From Candidatus Babeliales bacterium (GTDB lineage Bacteria; Babelota; Babeliae; Babelales; JACPOV01), in NCBI GenBank assembly GCA_020054235.1, contig JAGVLQ010000013.1, forward strand, positions 3,571-67,570: DNA of 64,000 nt, given 5' to 3'. Numbering within the stretch: position 1 is the first letter of the stretch; every line of letters begins with the position of its first letter. The notes under the pieces were generated by a model, which had not been told where the DNA came from, did not search any database, and saw only the letters and a program-made list of their open reading frames with translations. The position numbers were made by a program, and so were the translations under genes. Below, one piece after another: positions 9,073-19,346 of this stretch.

Positions 9073-11667
9073 ATGAACATGCGTTTATATTTTTTGTATT
9101 TTTTCTTTTTTATTAACACCTGGTTTATTCAAAATATCCGTAGCGAAGGTGAACCGGTCACTACAAAAAAAGTTTCTCAAAAAAGAACAAACAAAAAAAA
9201 GAAAATAATCTTCAGTTTTGCCGATAAACCACTGGTCGAAATAATTAATGAACTTGCAGCAGAAAAAAATGAAAATATTATTTTGCCGCAAGGTGCACAA
9301 GCTATCACCACCAAAGTTACCTATCATTATGCTGAACCTTTAACCATTGATCAAGCCTGGCAACAATTAAGTACTATATTGGCCTTGGCTGGCTATAGTA
9401 TAGAGCCAGAAGCAAGTATTCAAACTATTCGTAAAATAGATCAAAATATCAATCGCCAAATTCTTTCTGTCTACATTAATGAACCGCTGGAAAATATACC
9501 GGATACTGAAAATATTATTCGCGCTGTCTTTTATCTTGCCAATATAAATTTAAAAACAAGCTTCCAAGACCTAAAAAACATACTACAGGACATGCTCTCT
9601 CAAACAGCAAAAGACAACGGCATTCTCTCAGATGCAAAAACAAATGCACTTATTTTAACGGATCAAGCAACAAATATAAAAGCAGCAATGCGCATTATTC
9701 TTGAACTCGATAAAGGAGGTATGCGCGATAGCATTGAAATTATTCCTTTATATTACACAAGTTCTGATCTTGTTGAGCGACTATTCAATGAAAATTTACT
9801 TGCTTCAAAACAGCAACCTGGTGCTGGCGCCGGCACTAATGGAGGATCTCAACCTGAACAACCCTCATATTTTCCTAAAAATACCAAAATTATCGGCTTA
9901 CCTCGCAATAATACCCTCGTAATTATGGGAACACCATTTGCAATTGATTTAGTTAAAGATTTTATCATTAAATATATTGATAGGCCTTTAGAATCTGGCG
10001 AATCAATTCTCCATGTCTATGATTTGCAATATCTTGACGCAAAAGATTTTGCACCAGTGTTGCAACAAATTTTGCTATCAGGTCAAATGCCAGGTCAACA
10101 AGCAACTGGTCAAACAGCAACAGGACCAAAACAATATTTTAAAGATGTTATTGTAGTAAATGAAATACCAAGAAAAACAAAGGAACAGCTTCAACCAACG
10201 ACTGTACAAGGCGAGACGGAACAATTTAAAGGATTAGCTCCCTCTGAAGGAGCACAAGTTGGCGGAAATCGTCTTGTTATTGCCGCACGTAAAAAAGATT
10301 GGGTTCGTATAAAAGAACTTATTGAACAGCTTGATAAACCACAATTACAAGTTGCACTTGAAGTTATTGTTTGTGATGTAACGTTAAATAGTAACAAATT
10401 ACTTGGCAGCCAATTGCGTGATAAAGATGGTTTTAATAAAAGCATCTCAGAACGAGTTAATTTTCAAACTGCTCATTTAAGTCAGCCAATTTTAAAAATG
10501 CCATCTGCAGTAACAGATCAAAGACCAGCAAATGCGTTAATGTCTAATTTACTACAGCTTGGAGATCCTTTTGGAGAAAATGAAAACTTAGCAACTTCAG
10601 CTGAACCAGGTTCTTTAGTATTTTCATTAAAAGATTCTGCTAATGGTGGTGTATGGAGTTTTTGGCAGATTCTTAATAATTACACCAATGCAACGCTCAT
10701 TGCTCAACCATTTGTCATAACGCAAAATCATCAGCAGGCAACTGTTACTATTGCACAGCAACGTTTTCTTGCTGGTAAAGCCGATAGTTCAAATGTTGCG
10801 GTAAAAGTAGGTAATGAATGGGTTACTGCATCATTCACCATTGATATTTTGCCACATATAAGTGCTACCGGAAATATTAATCTACAAATTACCGTAAAAA
10901 TAAACCAGTTTGTTGCTGGTGCTGAGACAGGAAATAATACCCGAGTTACTCGAGCCGTTCAAACAAATGCGAACGTTGGCAATGGAGAAATTTTAGCACT
11001 TGGTGGTCTTACGCGAGAAAGTGAAAATATTCAAGCATCTGAAACACCTCCTTTTAGCAATTTTCCCATAATTGGTTGGTTTTTTAAGAAAAAACAACAA
11101 GTTAAGCAACGTAATAATCTTTTAATTCTCATGTCGCCAACGATTATCCAACCTCGCTTGAAAGGTGGTATCGATACCTTTACGGATAAAAAACTTACTT
11201 TTGCACAAGAACAGCTTGATGAAAGTATGTGTTTTGACAATCTACGTGATCCGGTAAACAGATGGTTCTTTAAACCTAATCCTTTTTATGGAAAAGAGAC
11301 CGTAGAGGAATACACGAAAAAAACAACACAAGAAGATATTTCTCAAAATAATCAGGAACAGAAACAGGCAAATAATCAACAAGTAGTAGAAAATTCATAT
11401 GCTCCAACTGTTTGTGTTTCTCGTGGAGAATTATCCGCACAGGCCTGCGCGATGAAAGAACTCGTTAAAAATGAAAAAAATCCTTTAACGTTGCCTATTG
11501 ATGATAAATCCGAAAAACCAATTTTTAGTGCTAAAAAGCAAGAAAAAACCCAATCTTCGAATGATTCACCAAATACACAACAATTAAAAGATTTGCTTCA
11601 AGCGGCCGATAATCCTCTACTTATTCATCAGCAAGAAGAGAAAGGGCCAATTCATCTTCAATCGTAA
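9073..11667 (+). CDS. GspD/PilQ-family outer-membrane secretin, paralog B, with Q/N-rich C-terminal tail
   Basis: N0-like domain (FSFADKPLVEIINELAAEKNENIIL) and secretin core (VALEVIVCDV...TNANVGNGEILALGGLTR...FPIIGWFFKKK...LLILMSPTII). Clearly paralogous to 4346-6883. Confidence 0.85.
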   Translation: MNMRLYFLYFFFFINTWFIQNIRSEGEPVTTKKVSQKRTNKKKKIIFSFADKPLVEIINELAAEKNENIILPQGAQAITTKVTYHYAEPLTIDQAWQQLSTILALAGYSIEPEASIQTIRKIDQNINRQILSVYINEPLENIPDTENIIRAVFYLANINLKTSFQDLKNILQDMLSQTAKDNGILSDAKTNALILTDQATNIKAAMRIILELDKGGMRDSIEIIPLYYTSSDLVERLFNENLLASKQQPGAGAGTNGGSQPEQPSYFPKNTKIIGLPRNNTLVIMGTPFAIDLVKDFIIKYIDRPLESGESILHVYDLQYLDAKDFAPVLQQILLSGQMPGQQATGQTATGPKQYFKDVIVVNEIPRKTKEQLQPTTVQGETEQFKGLAPSEGAQVGGNRLVIAARKKDWVRIKELIEQLDKPQLQVALEVIVCDVTLNSNKLLGSQLRDKDGFNKSISERVNFQTAHLSQPILKMPSAVTDQRPANALMSNLLQLGDPFGENENLATSAEPGSLVFSLKDSANGGVWSFWQILNNYTNATLIAQPFVITQNHQQATVTIAQQRFLAGKADSSNVAVKVGNEWVTASFTIDILPHISATGNINLQITVKINQFVAGAETGNNTRVTRAVQTNANVGNGEILALGGLTRESENIQASETPPFSNFPIIGWFFKKKQQVKQRNNLLILMSPTIIQPRLKGGIDTFTDKKLTFAQEQLDESMCFDNLRDPVNRWFFKPNPFYGKETVEEYTKKTTQEDISQNNQEQKQANNQQVVENSYAPTVCVSRGELSAQACAMKELVKNEKNPLTLPIDDKSEKPIFSAKKQEKTQSSNDSPNTQQLKDLLQAADNPLLIHQQEEKGPIHLQS

Positions 11668-12874
11668 GCAAACGATTGTATTTTGCTAATCGTTCACCGC
11701 GAGATAACCCACCGGCTTTTATTTGACCGGCATTAGTTCCAACCGCCAAATCAGCAATAAAATCATCATTAGTTTCACCAGAGCGATGAGAAATAATTGT
11801 TGTAAAACCATGTTCCTGGCAAACAGCAATTGCTTGTAAAGTTTCTGTAATGGTCCCAATTTGGTTCGGCTTTATAATTGCTCCTGTTGCTAATTGTTTT
11901 ATGATTCCCTGATAAATTCTTCCTGGATCTGTAGCAAAAATATCATCACCTATTATTTGTACTTTTTTACCCAAAGTTTCTGTCAATGTAGCCCAGCCTT
12001 CTAAATCATGTTCTTGAATGCCATCTTCAATTGAACAAATTGGATAATGTTCAACAAGCTTTTGATAGGAAGAAATTAATTCAGTACTATTATACGTTTT
12101 ACCGTACCATGTATAGAGATTCGTTTTGGCATCATATAAATGAGAAGCAGCAACATCAATTGCTATTTTAAAAAAGTCACTACCATTCATTTTTTCTATG
12201 GCTTCTGTTAACAAATCAAACGCCTGTATATCATTTTCAAGCATAGGTGCAAAACCACCTTCAATTCCAATAAGACTTTGATAGTTTCTTTTTTTTAGTA
12301 AATCCTTGAGCGTATAAAAAAATTCAACCCCATATTCAATGACTTCACGAAAATTCTTTGCTCCCATAGGAACAATCAAAAATTCTTGCGTTAATAGATT
12401 ATTATCCGTATGAACACCGCCAGCAATCATATTAAATAAAGGAAAAGGAAGTATTACCGATTCATGACCACACAGTTGAGCAATAAATTCATATAATTCA
12501 AAACCATGCAATGCGGCCTGAGCTTTGACAACAGCAATACTAACAGCCAACATGGCATTTGCTCCAAGTTTACTTTTGTCAGGAGTATCATCAAGCGCAA
12601 CCATGATTTGATCCATAACAACAACATCAGGCTCTTTACCTATAATTGCGGGAGCTATTATATCTTCAATCACCGTAATAGCCTTACGCACACCCATACC
12701 TTGCAAACGCGTACCACCATCACGTAATTCTTTAGCCTCATAACTGCTGGTAGATATTCCTGCAGGAACACTAGAAGTGACATAAAAATCATCTTCCAAA
12801 AACAATTGGCATTCAATAGTAGGAACTCCACGAGCATCAAAAATCTCTCTGGCATGAACTTTAGTTATTTTCAT
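11621..12874 (-). CDS. eno: enolase
   Basis: MKITKVHAREIFDARGVPTIE..., SHRSGETNDDFIADLAVG and KAGGLSRGERLAKYNRLL are canonical enolase motifs. Confidence 0.95.
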   Translation of the reverse strand: MKITKVHAREIFDARGVPTIECQLFLEDDFYVTSSVPAGISTSSYEAKELRDGGTRLQGMGVRKAITVIEDIIAPAIIGKEPDVVVMDQIMVALDDTPDKSKLGANAMLAVSIAVVKAQAALHGFELYEFIAQLCGHESVILPFPLFNMIAGGVHTDNNLLTQEFLIVPMGAKNFREVIEYGVEFFYTLKDLLKKRNYQSLIGIEGGFAPMLENDIQAFDLLTEAIEKMNGSDFFKIAIDVAASHLYDAKTNLYTWYGKTYNSTELISSYQKLVEHYPICSIEDGIQEHDLEGWATLTETLGKKVQIIGDDIFATDPGRIYQGIIKQLATGAIIKPNQIGTITETLQAIAVCQEHGFTTIISHRSGETNDDFIADLAVGTNAGQIKAGGLSRGERLAKYNRLLTIEDELALSLLADE

Positions 12875-13044
12875 TTTTTCCTTTTTTTTCTAAATATTCT
12901 TACCTTATTTCAGCCTACCTCAAGGTTCAGCCTGGACACAAGCAATTTCAGTTAGAATATAAATTTCATGCAAACTATTGACGTTTTTCAAAAAAATATG
13001 CCATTATAAAATAAGCTAGAAAAAAAACAATAAGGAGATTTAGT

Positions 13045-13623
13045 ATGAACTTTAAACATTTTATCTTACTTGTCACAATAGTCACTTCCTATAGCTCTAA
13101 AATTTTTTCTGTAGAAGAAAATGATGTTTATAATGAAAAAAGAGGGAAAAACATGATTTCTTTAGGATTATCCGAAAAAGATAGAAAAAACATTGCAGAA
13201 AAACTCAACATTTTACTTGCAAATGAATACCTTTTGTATACAAAAACACTGAAGTATCACTGGAATGTAAAAGGAAAACACTTTGGTCCACTGCATGCTC
13301 TTTTTCGTGAACAATACGAAGCCTTGTTTAAATTTATTGATGATATTGCTGAACGTTCCCTTGCACTCGGTTTTGATGCAGATGGAAGCTTAGAAATCTT
13401 TGCCAAAAAAGCTACCATTACCGAAAATAACGGCAAAAATCCAGAAGCAGAACAAATGATAGAAAATTTATTAAAAGACCATGAAACAATAATCCAACAA
13501 ATTAGAACTGATATCGTGTTAAGTGCTGAACTTAATGACTGGGGTACTAACAATTTTCTTTCTGACCTGGTTATGAAACACGAAAAAATAGCCTGGATGT
13601 TACGAGCGCATTTGCAACATTAA
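13045..13623 (+). CDS. dps: Dps-family ferritin-like protein, possibly with an N-terminal signal peptide
   Basis: LLANEYLLYTKTLKYHWNVKGKHFGPLHALFREQYE is the Dps ferroxidase-site region. AAGGAG at 13032-13037 precedes ATG 13045. An internal ATG at 13153 would give a conventional-length Dps. Confidence 0.8.
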   Translation: MNFKHFILLVTIVTSYSSKIFSVEENDVYNEKRGKNMISLGLSEKDRKNIAEKLNILLANEYLLYTKTLKYHWNVKGKHFGPLHALFREQYEALFKFIDDIAERSLALGFDADGSLEIFAKKATITENNGKNPEAEQMIENLLKDHETIIQQIRTDIVLSAELNDWGTNNFLSDLVMKHEKIAWMLRAHLQH

Positions 13624-14036
13624 AGTATATAAAAAGTTTGTTTTAAATAACAGATAATGCCATCACGACTTGCATCAAAATGTGGCTGTGGTAATTTTTG
13701 AGGATCAACCCAACGCCATTCTTCACATTTATTAGGCTCCATCAATTTCAGTTGCCCGGTAAATTTTTTGGCAACTAAAATTACTGAAACATAATGTTTG
13801 CCAAATTCTTTGTAGGTCTCAAGATTGTTGGTAATTGCTATTACTTTTGGATCATTAATATTAAGATTGGTTTCTTCTTTAATTTCTCGTACAGCTGCAA
13901 GCTCAAAAGTTTCACCAAGCTCAAGCTTGCCACCAGGTATTGACCAAAAAGGCGCGTGACTATTAATGCGCTTACCAACTAAAATTTTGCCGTCATGCTC
14001 AATAATTACACCAATACCAACACGAACTGTTTCCAT
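13620..14036 (-). CDS. NUDIX hydrolase
   Basis: Nudix box GGKLELGETFELAAVREIKEETNL. Its stop shares a TTAA tetranucleotide with the dps stop. Confidence 0.8.
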   Translation of the reverse strand: METVRVGIGVIIEHDGKILVGKRINSHAPFWSIPGGKLELGETFELAAVREIKEETNLNINDPKVIAITNNLETYKEFGKHYVSVILVAKKFTGQLKLMEPNKCEEWRWVDPQKLPQPHFDASRDGIICYLKQTFYIL

Positions 14037-14038
14037 AC

Positions 14039-15805
14039 TTATTTTTTTATTGGTAACTTCTTGAGACCGTATTCAAGTAACTGCTTGTCATCAACCGGCG
14101 TAGGGCTTTCCATGAGTGGATCATAACCATTTGCCATCTTAGGAAAGGCAATAACTTCACGAATGGATGTTGATTCTGTTAACAACATAATAAAGCGATC
14201 AAGACCTAAAGCTATGCCCCCATGAGGAGGAAAACCAAGCTCTTGCGCTTCTAATAAAAAGCCAAATTTTTCTTTTGTTTGCTCATCAGATAGGCCAAGA
14301 AGTTCAAAAATCCTTTTTTGAATTTCTGGTTTATAAATACGGATAGAACCACCCCCAAGCTCAATACCATTAAGAACAATATCATATGCTCGAGCTTTCA
14401 TCTCTTGCGGTTTAAGATTTTCCCAGCCGTCTTGTGGACTCGTAAAAGGGTGATGCGCAGAATTCCAACGCTTACTTTCCTTATCATATTCAAGTAAAGG
14501 AAAATCAGTAATCCAGGACAAATGCAATACATTTTTAGGTATCATATCTAGAGCATGCGCCACCATCAAACGTAAACGACCCAACAATTCCCAGGCTTCT
14601 TTATACTCACCAGCAATTAAAAATAATACATCACCATGGGCAAGGCCGGGCACTACCGTTCTTAATTGTTCATAAAAATCTGCCGGCAAAAATTTGGCAA
14701 CAGGTGTTTCAATTTTATTTTCTTCAATTTTCATCCACAACAAGCCTTTTGCGCCAATTTCTTGCGCTCGGTCAACCCAACGGACCAATTCTGAACGAGA
14801 AATATCTTTGCCCTGGACATAAATACCACCAATTTTGCCACCTTTATCAAGGACATCACGCAAAAATTTAAGCTCCGTTTTTTCAAAAAGCTTGGTAAAA
14901 TCTTGAATTTGCATTCCAAACCGCAAGTCCGGTTTGTCTGACCCATAATGCGAAAATGCATGATCATAGGTCATGCGCGGCAGGGGCAACTGAATAGTTT
15001 TGTTAAATAGTTTTTTAAAAAGAAAAACAAAAAGCTGCTCGATTAAACTTTGTACATCTTGCTCTTTAATAAATGACATTTCAATATCAAGCTGCGTAAA
15101 TTCTGGTTGACGATCAGCGCGCAAATCTTCATCACGAAAACAACGAGCTATTTGAAAATAACGCTCAAGGCCACCCGCCATTAAAAGCTGTTTATATAGC
15201 TGGGGAGATTGCGGCAATGCATAAAAATAAGTTGGTTTATGTCGCGAAGGAACTAAAAACTCTCGCGCCCCTTCTGGTGTATTTTTTGTCAAAATAGGAG
15301 TTTCAATTTCATAAAAACCCTGGCTTTGCAAAAATTCGCGCATAGCAAAAATTACATCATTGCGCAGGCGCATGCGTTCTTGCATATAAGAAGTACGCAA
15401 ATCAAGATAGCGATATTTCAAACGTAGTTCTTCATCAACATGAGAAGCTTCATCTAAGGAAAATGGGAGTGTTTTTGCTTTATTTAAAATAGTAAGATCA
15501 GTAACTTGTATTTCAAAATTACCCGTTTTTAAATCAGGATTTTTTGTCTCTTGTGCACGCTCAATAACCTTACCATTAATAGTAATAACAAACTCTGACC
15601 GTAAGGAATGGGCTAAGTCATGGCTATTTTTAGAAATATCAGGATTGAAGACTAATTGTACGATGCCGCTACGATCGCGCAAATCAATAAAAATCAAACT
15701 TCCATGATCTCGACGACGCTGCACCCAACCAGCAAGTTTTACTTCTTTGGATAGCTGTGTTTTATCAATTAACCCACAACCGGTAGTTCTCTCATAATAA
15801 TACAT
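14039..15805 (-). CDS. aspS: aspartate--tRNA ligase
   Basis: Bacterial-type AspRS motifs [34 protein letters not shown] and GIALGLDR. I prefer ATG 15805 over the track's TTG 15832. Confidence 0.9.
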   Translation of the reverse strand: MYYYERTTGCGLIDKTQLSKEVKLAGWVQRRRDHGSLIFIDLRDRSGIVQLVFNPDISKNSHDLAHSLRSEFVITINGKVIERAQETKNPDLKTGNFEIQVTDLTILNKAKTLPFSLDEASHVDEELRLKYRYLDLRTSYMQERMRLRNDVIFAMREFLQSQGFYEIETPILTKNTPEGAREFLVPSRHKPTYFYALPQSPQLYKQLLMAGGLERYFQIARCFRDEDLRADRQPEFTQLDIEMSFIKEQDVQSLIEQLFVFLFKKLFNKTIQLPLPRMTYDHAFSHYGSDKPDLRFGMQIQDFTKLFEKTELKFLRDVLDKGGKIGGIYVQGKDISRSELVRWVDRAQEIGAKGLLWMKIEENKIETPVAKFLPADFYEQLRTVVPGLAHGDVLFLIAGEYKEAWELLGRLRLMVAHALDMIPKNVLHLSWITDFPLLEYDKESKRWNSAHHPFTSPQDGWENLKPQEMKARAYDIVLNGIELGGGSIRIYKPEIQKRIFELLGLSDEQTKEKFGFLLEAQELGFPPHGGIALGLDRFIMLLTESTSIREVIAFPKMANGYDPLMESPTPVDDKQLLEYGLKKLPIKK

Positions 15806-15889
15806 GCAAAAACCCTTTATGCAATTGCTCAAAACTTACGAATTATTGTAGCAAATAGCCCAAAGAAAGCAATTTGAAAGCAACTATGT

Positions 15890-16999
15890 TTAATTTTGTC
15901 TAAATTTGTCCTTTTTTGAAGTCAAAAGCACTTCTAAATTAGCTTGATAAACTTTGCAATCATTGGTCTTTATTGTCAAAGAATCTTCAGACCAAAAAAT
16001 TGAGCGTATGGCTTTTTTAACTTTAAAAAAACAATCAGCACATTGGGACTCAAGATTGCAAATACTGAAGGAATCTTGAGCCCCAACAGCTAGATATTTT
16101 CCAGTTGGATCAAACCCTAAAGAAAGTATTTCATCGTTTCCCTGTTTTATCCTTATTGAAGGATCATTTGAATTTTTCTCTAAATCCCATATTTCAATAA
16201 ACCCATACTCATTACCCGCTGCAATTAATTTTTCATTATAATGAGCTAAGGTTTTTATAAAATACTTACTATTCAACTCTCTCATATAATCGCTAGAAGG
16301 ATCAGCATCCATAATAATAACGCTATTACTATAAGAAACAGCGTACACTACTTTTTTGCTTATCGGTAAACCAATAAAAGATTTTTTTTTGCATTTTTCA
16401 TCGAGCATACCTGTAACAAAAACTTTGTTATCCTTTGATTGATAAGTGTTCGCCTTTTTTTCTAGTTCTTCTAATTTGGCCATACGAATTGGCGATAAAA
16501 GGTCGGAAGATTTAAATGTCAAAATATTATACTTAACTAATTTTTCAGTCTTTTGAAGTTCACTACACTCCTTTTCTTTTTTCATGTCAAAAAACTTAAC
16601 TACCTGATTGTTAATAAAACAAAAAATGAGACTTTTTTCATCACAAAATGATAAATTTTCTTGCGATAACTTACCAATACAAAATTTTTGTGGTGTATTA
16701 AGAGATGGGTTTCTTATCTCTAACCAAGAATTCTCCGAAGGAGGAGCTGTCAATGAAACAATTTTTTTTTTATCAGGACTTGTTGCTGTCAAAAAAAAAT
16801 CAGGCTCTGTGTTAAGAAAGTAGAAGGGCTTTGCTGTATTTTCTGGAGAGAAGTTTGTTGACTTTTTTTCTGTTATTCCTCTAAGATCATCTCCCAGTTT
16901 TGGAATTAATTGTTTTTTTTTCAGCTTTGGCGTCTCTGGTTCCATAGCTATTAAATACAATGGAGCAAAAGTAATTAAAAGAAAAAAAAAATTTTTCAT
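15890..16999 (-). CDS. exported WD40-like beta-propeller protein
   Basis: N-terminal signal-like segment (MKNFFFLLITFAPLYLIA) and WD-type blades (GFIEIWDLEKN; EILSLGFDPTGKYLAVGAQDSFSICNL). I prefer ATG 16999 over TTG 17020. Confidence 0.45.
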   Translation of the reverse strand: MKNFFFLLITFAPLYLIAMEPETPKLKKKQLIPKLGDDLRGITEKKSTNFSPENTAKPFYFLNTEPDFFLTATSPDKKKIVSLTAPPSENSWLEIRNPSLNTPQKFCIGKLSQENLSFCDEKSLIFCFINNQVVKFFDMKKEKECSELQKTEKLVKYNILTFKSSDLLSPIRMAKLEELEKKANTYQSKDNKVFVTGMLDEKCKKKSFIGLPISKKVVYAVSYSNSVIIMDADPSSDYMRELNSKYFIKTLAHYNEKLIAAGNEYGFIEIWDLEKNSNDPSIRIKQGNDEILSLGFDPTGKYLAVGAQDSFSICNLESQCADCFFKVKKAIRSIFWSEDSLTIKTNDCKVYQANLEVLLTSKKDKFRQN

Positions 17000-17145
17000 A
17001 AAAAACCAAAACTTGCGCAATTTTTAATTTAAATTGATAATTAAAAATTGCATTTATCATGCATAATAAAAATATAAAAAGATGATTCTATCTTAACTTA
17101 GAAAGTTTCAAAATCAGTGTCAATAATCTTTGTTGTTAGGCAATC

Positions 17146-19143
17146 TTAAAAACGATACTCAATACCAACGTTGAAAGTAAAAGCAATATTATCACTTAAC
17201 AAAGGATTTAAATCGTTAGTAATACCGGTGGCATCAGGACGATCAATAAGCCGCAACTCTTCTCTCGTTAGAGGGGTCCCTTTGATATCAGTGTAATGTC
17301 CGCCAGGGATAAATGCAGAACTTACGGCATAAATTTTACAACTATCAAGCATGGTTGCATCAAACATTATATTCAACTCCAAGCCTAAATAGTTTCTAGC
17401 AAATTTATCTGGAAACGACAATCTTGTTTCGCGATTAAATGCTTTTGTAGCTTTTTGCTGCCAATAAGCTATAGCATTCGGATTCACATTAAAAGTTCTA
17501 TCACAATAACGACCATGATAATGCAAAGCAGACCCAACAAAAATAATATTGCTAAAACCTGAAACAACTGAGGGTAAGCGCTCTATAACATCAGAAGATA
17601 TTGGCAAAGATAATGGCCGAGGCGCTCTGCCAACGCCACCAAGTAAAAATACACTGCGCACCCTGTAACCAGAATAAATTTCTTGCAAACCAATAAATCC
17701 TTTAAAATCACCATCAACATCACTTGAATTTGGATTATCAAGATCTTGATTTGGGTTTTCATCACCAGATGCAACCCCCACTGTTGCAGCAAGTTTTAAA
17801 TCACCCTTTGAATCCAATTTATATCCTGCATCAATTACAGACATCCACCCTTTAAAGGTATTGGTTGATGGGTTGCGGAATCGATTAATATCATTTACTA
17901 AAGTTGTTCCGTTGACAATGCCTATTGGCTGCCCATTTTGTGACGCATCTTGCGCAGAAGTATTCACCAATTGTTGGGCTTGGCTATTAGGAACATAAAT
18001 TGTTTTTGAACCATTTACCGCATTATCTCGTACACGTGAATTAACAAGCGTCACAACTCCATTTCGGTTTTCAAACTCAACCTGATTACGGTCAATACCG
18101 CGCACTTTTTGATGCCCAAAGTTTTTACCAACATCAAAACCGAATTCAAAGTCGCTAAAATAACATTCTCCCGCTAAACCAAGTGTTGCTAATTTACTGT
18201 TAGCCGAAGCATCAATTTCAACGCGCTGCTCAGGTGCATTATTGTAAAGAATATATGGCTCAAAAATAACCTTACTTCCTGGCTCCTGAATTGGATACCA
18301 TCGCAATCTTCCGGCCACAACAAAATCTATAACCCCTGGACCACGCTCCTGCAATCTTCTTCTGCCAAACTCTTGGCCTCGAACCTTTAATGCTGTATTG
18401 GCAAGACTATCACTTTTATTTTGCAAAATTGCTCCATAAAAATCATACAATAATTTTTGAGCAACAACATCACCGGAAAATTTAAAACCAAAAGCATATT
18501 GATCAATCACGTTATTTGAATAGAACCCTAAAACTCGAGGTCCTACCGCAAATGCATTGCCTAAAGAAATACCTCGACCTAATTCAAAAGGAAAAGCACC
18601 TAAAGTGAAGAAATGTTTATTTTCAAAATTGACACCAAACGCATTATTAATACAGAATTTTAACCAAAGTTCTCGAATCCAAATAATGTGGCGTGATATA
18701 AAATGTCTATGCTCACCAAATACCGCCTCAAGAATTTTTAAATTCGTATCAGTTGTTTGTGCTATACTTTCAGTATTTCCCCAAACACCCTTATTACGAA
18801 AGGTAAGAAAAAATTCGCTTACATCATAACCAAAAAAATCTTTACCGTATAAAAGGTTAAAATTAAAATCTATCGTATGTCGATTAACTATAATCTTGTC
18901 AGAACGATTAAGATTATTTAAAAGATTAGCATTTTTTAGATAAAAACTTTCAGGTCTAAATTTAATTTGCGTACGAAATTCTAAATTTCCAAGATGAACA
19001 AAAAGAGGTTCTTTCGCCGAACTTTTTGTTATTGCACTATGATCCCTTCCAACTTTTTTATCTTCTGCCAAAGAAATAGTATTAAAACAAGTAAAAATAA
19101 ATAAAAAAATATAGAAAAGATTAAAAAACATGGAAATCCTCAT
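17146..19143 (-). CDS. large outer-membrane beta-barrel protein, family unassigned
   Basis: Signal peptide ending SLAEDKK, alternating amphipathic beta-strand pattern, many G/N/Y/F residues, and a C-terminal ...NVGIEYRF with terminal Phe as in OMP beta-signal sequences. Confidence 0.6.
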   Translation of the reverse strand: MRISMFFNLFYIFLFIFTCFNTISLAEDKKVGRDHSAITKSSAKEPLFVHLGNLEFRTQIKFRPESFYLKNANLLNNLNRSDKIIVNRHTIDFNFNLLYGKDFFGYDVSEFFLTFRNKGVWGNTESIAQTTDTNLKILEAVFGEHRHFISRHIIWIRELWLKFCINNAFGVNFENKHFFTLGAFPFELGRGISLGNAFAVGPRVLGFYSNNVIDQYAFGFKFSGDVVAQKLLYDFYGAILQNKSDSLANTALKVRGQEFGRRRLQERGPGVIDFVVAGRLRWYPIQEPGSKVIFEPYILYNNAPEQRVEIDASANSKLATLGLAGECYFSDFEFGFDVGKNFGHQKVRGIDRNQVEFENRNGVVTLVNSRVRDNAVNGSKTIYVPNSQAQQLVNTSAQDASQNGQPIGIVNGTTLVNDINRFRNPSTNTFKGWMSVIDAGYKLDSKGDLKLAATVGVASGDENPNQDLDNPNSSDVDGDFKGFIGLQEIYSGYRVRSVFLLGGVGRAPRPLSLPISSDVIERLPSVVSGFSNIIFVGSALHYHGRYCDRTFNVNPNAIAYWQQKATKAFNRETRLSFPDKFARNYLGLELNIMFDATMLDSCKIYAVSSAFIPGGHYTDIKGTPLTREELRLIDRPDATGITNDLNPLLSDNIAFTFNVGIEYRF

Positions 19144-19346
19144 ATAAGGAAATTTACTAAAAATTTAGCTCAGTCACTGGTATGCTCAACTACTCTTTTT
19201 TTTGAATAAACCATGAAGAAATCATGGCTAAATTAAGGTAATAAAAGGGTAACGATTTTGCACAAATTGTCAATGAACTTTAATTGTAATCTTTTAGTGC
19301 TTATACTTTAGATTAAAAGCATAAAACTCTTGATTAAAGGACTACT

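Noticed and set aside
12875-13044. Fur/PerR-type operator or clear sigma70 promoters in the eno-dps divergent spacer
   Set aside because: TTGACG and TATAAA-like hexamers are present but with 20-21-nt spacing. No palindromic Fur or PerR box could be made out. In AT-rich DNA such partial matches are not meaningful.
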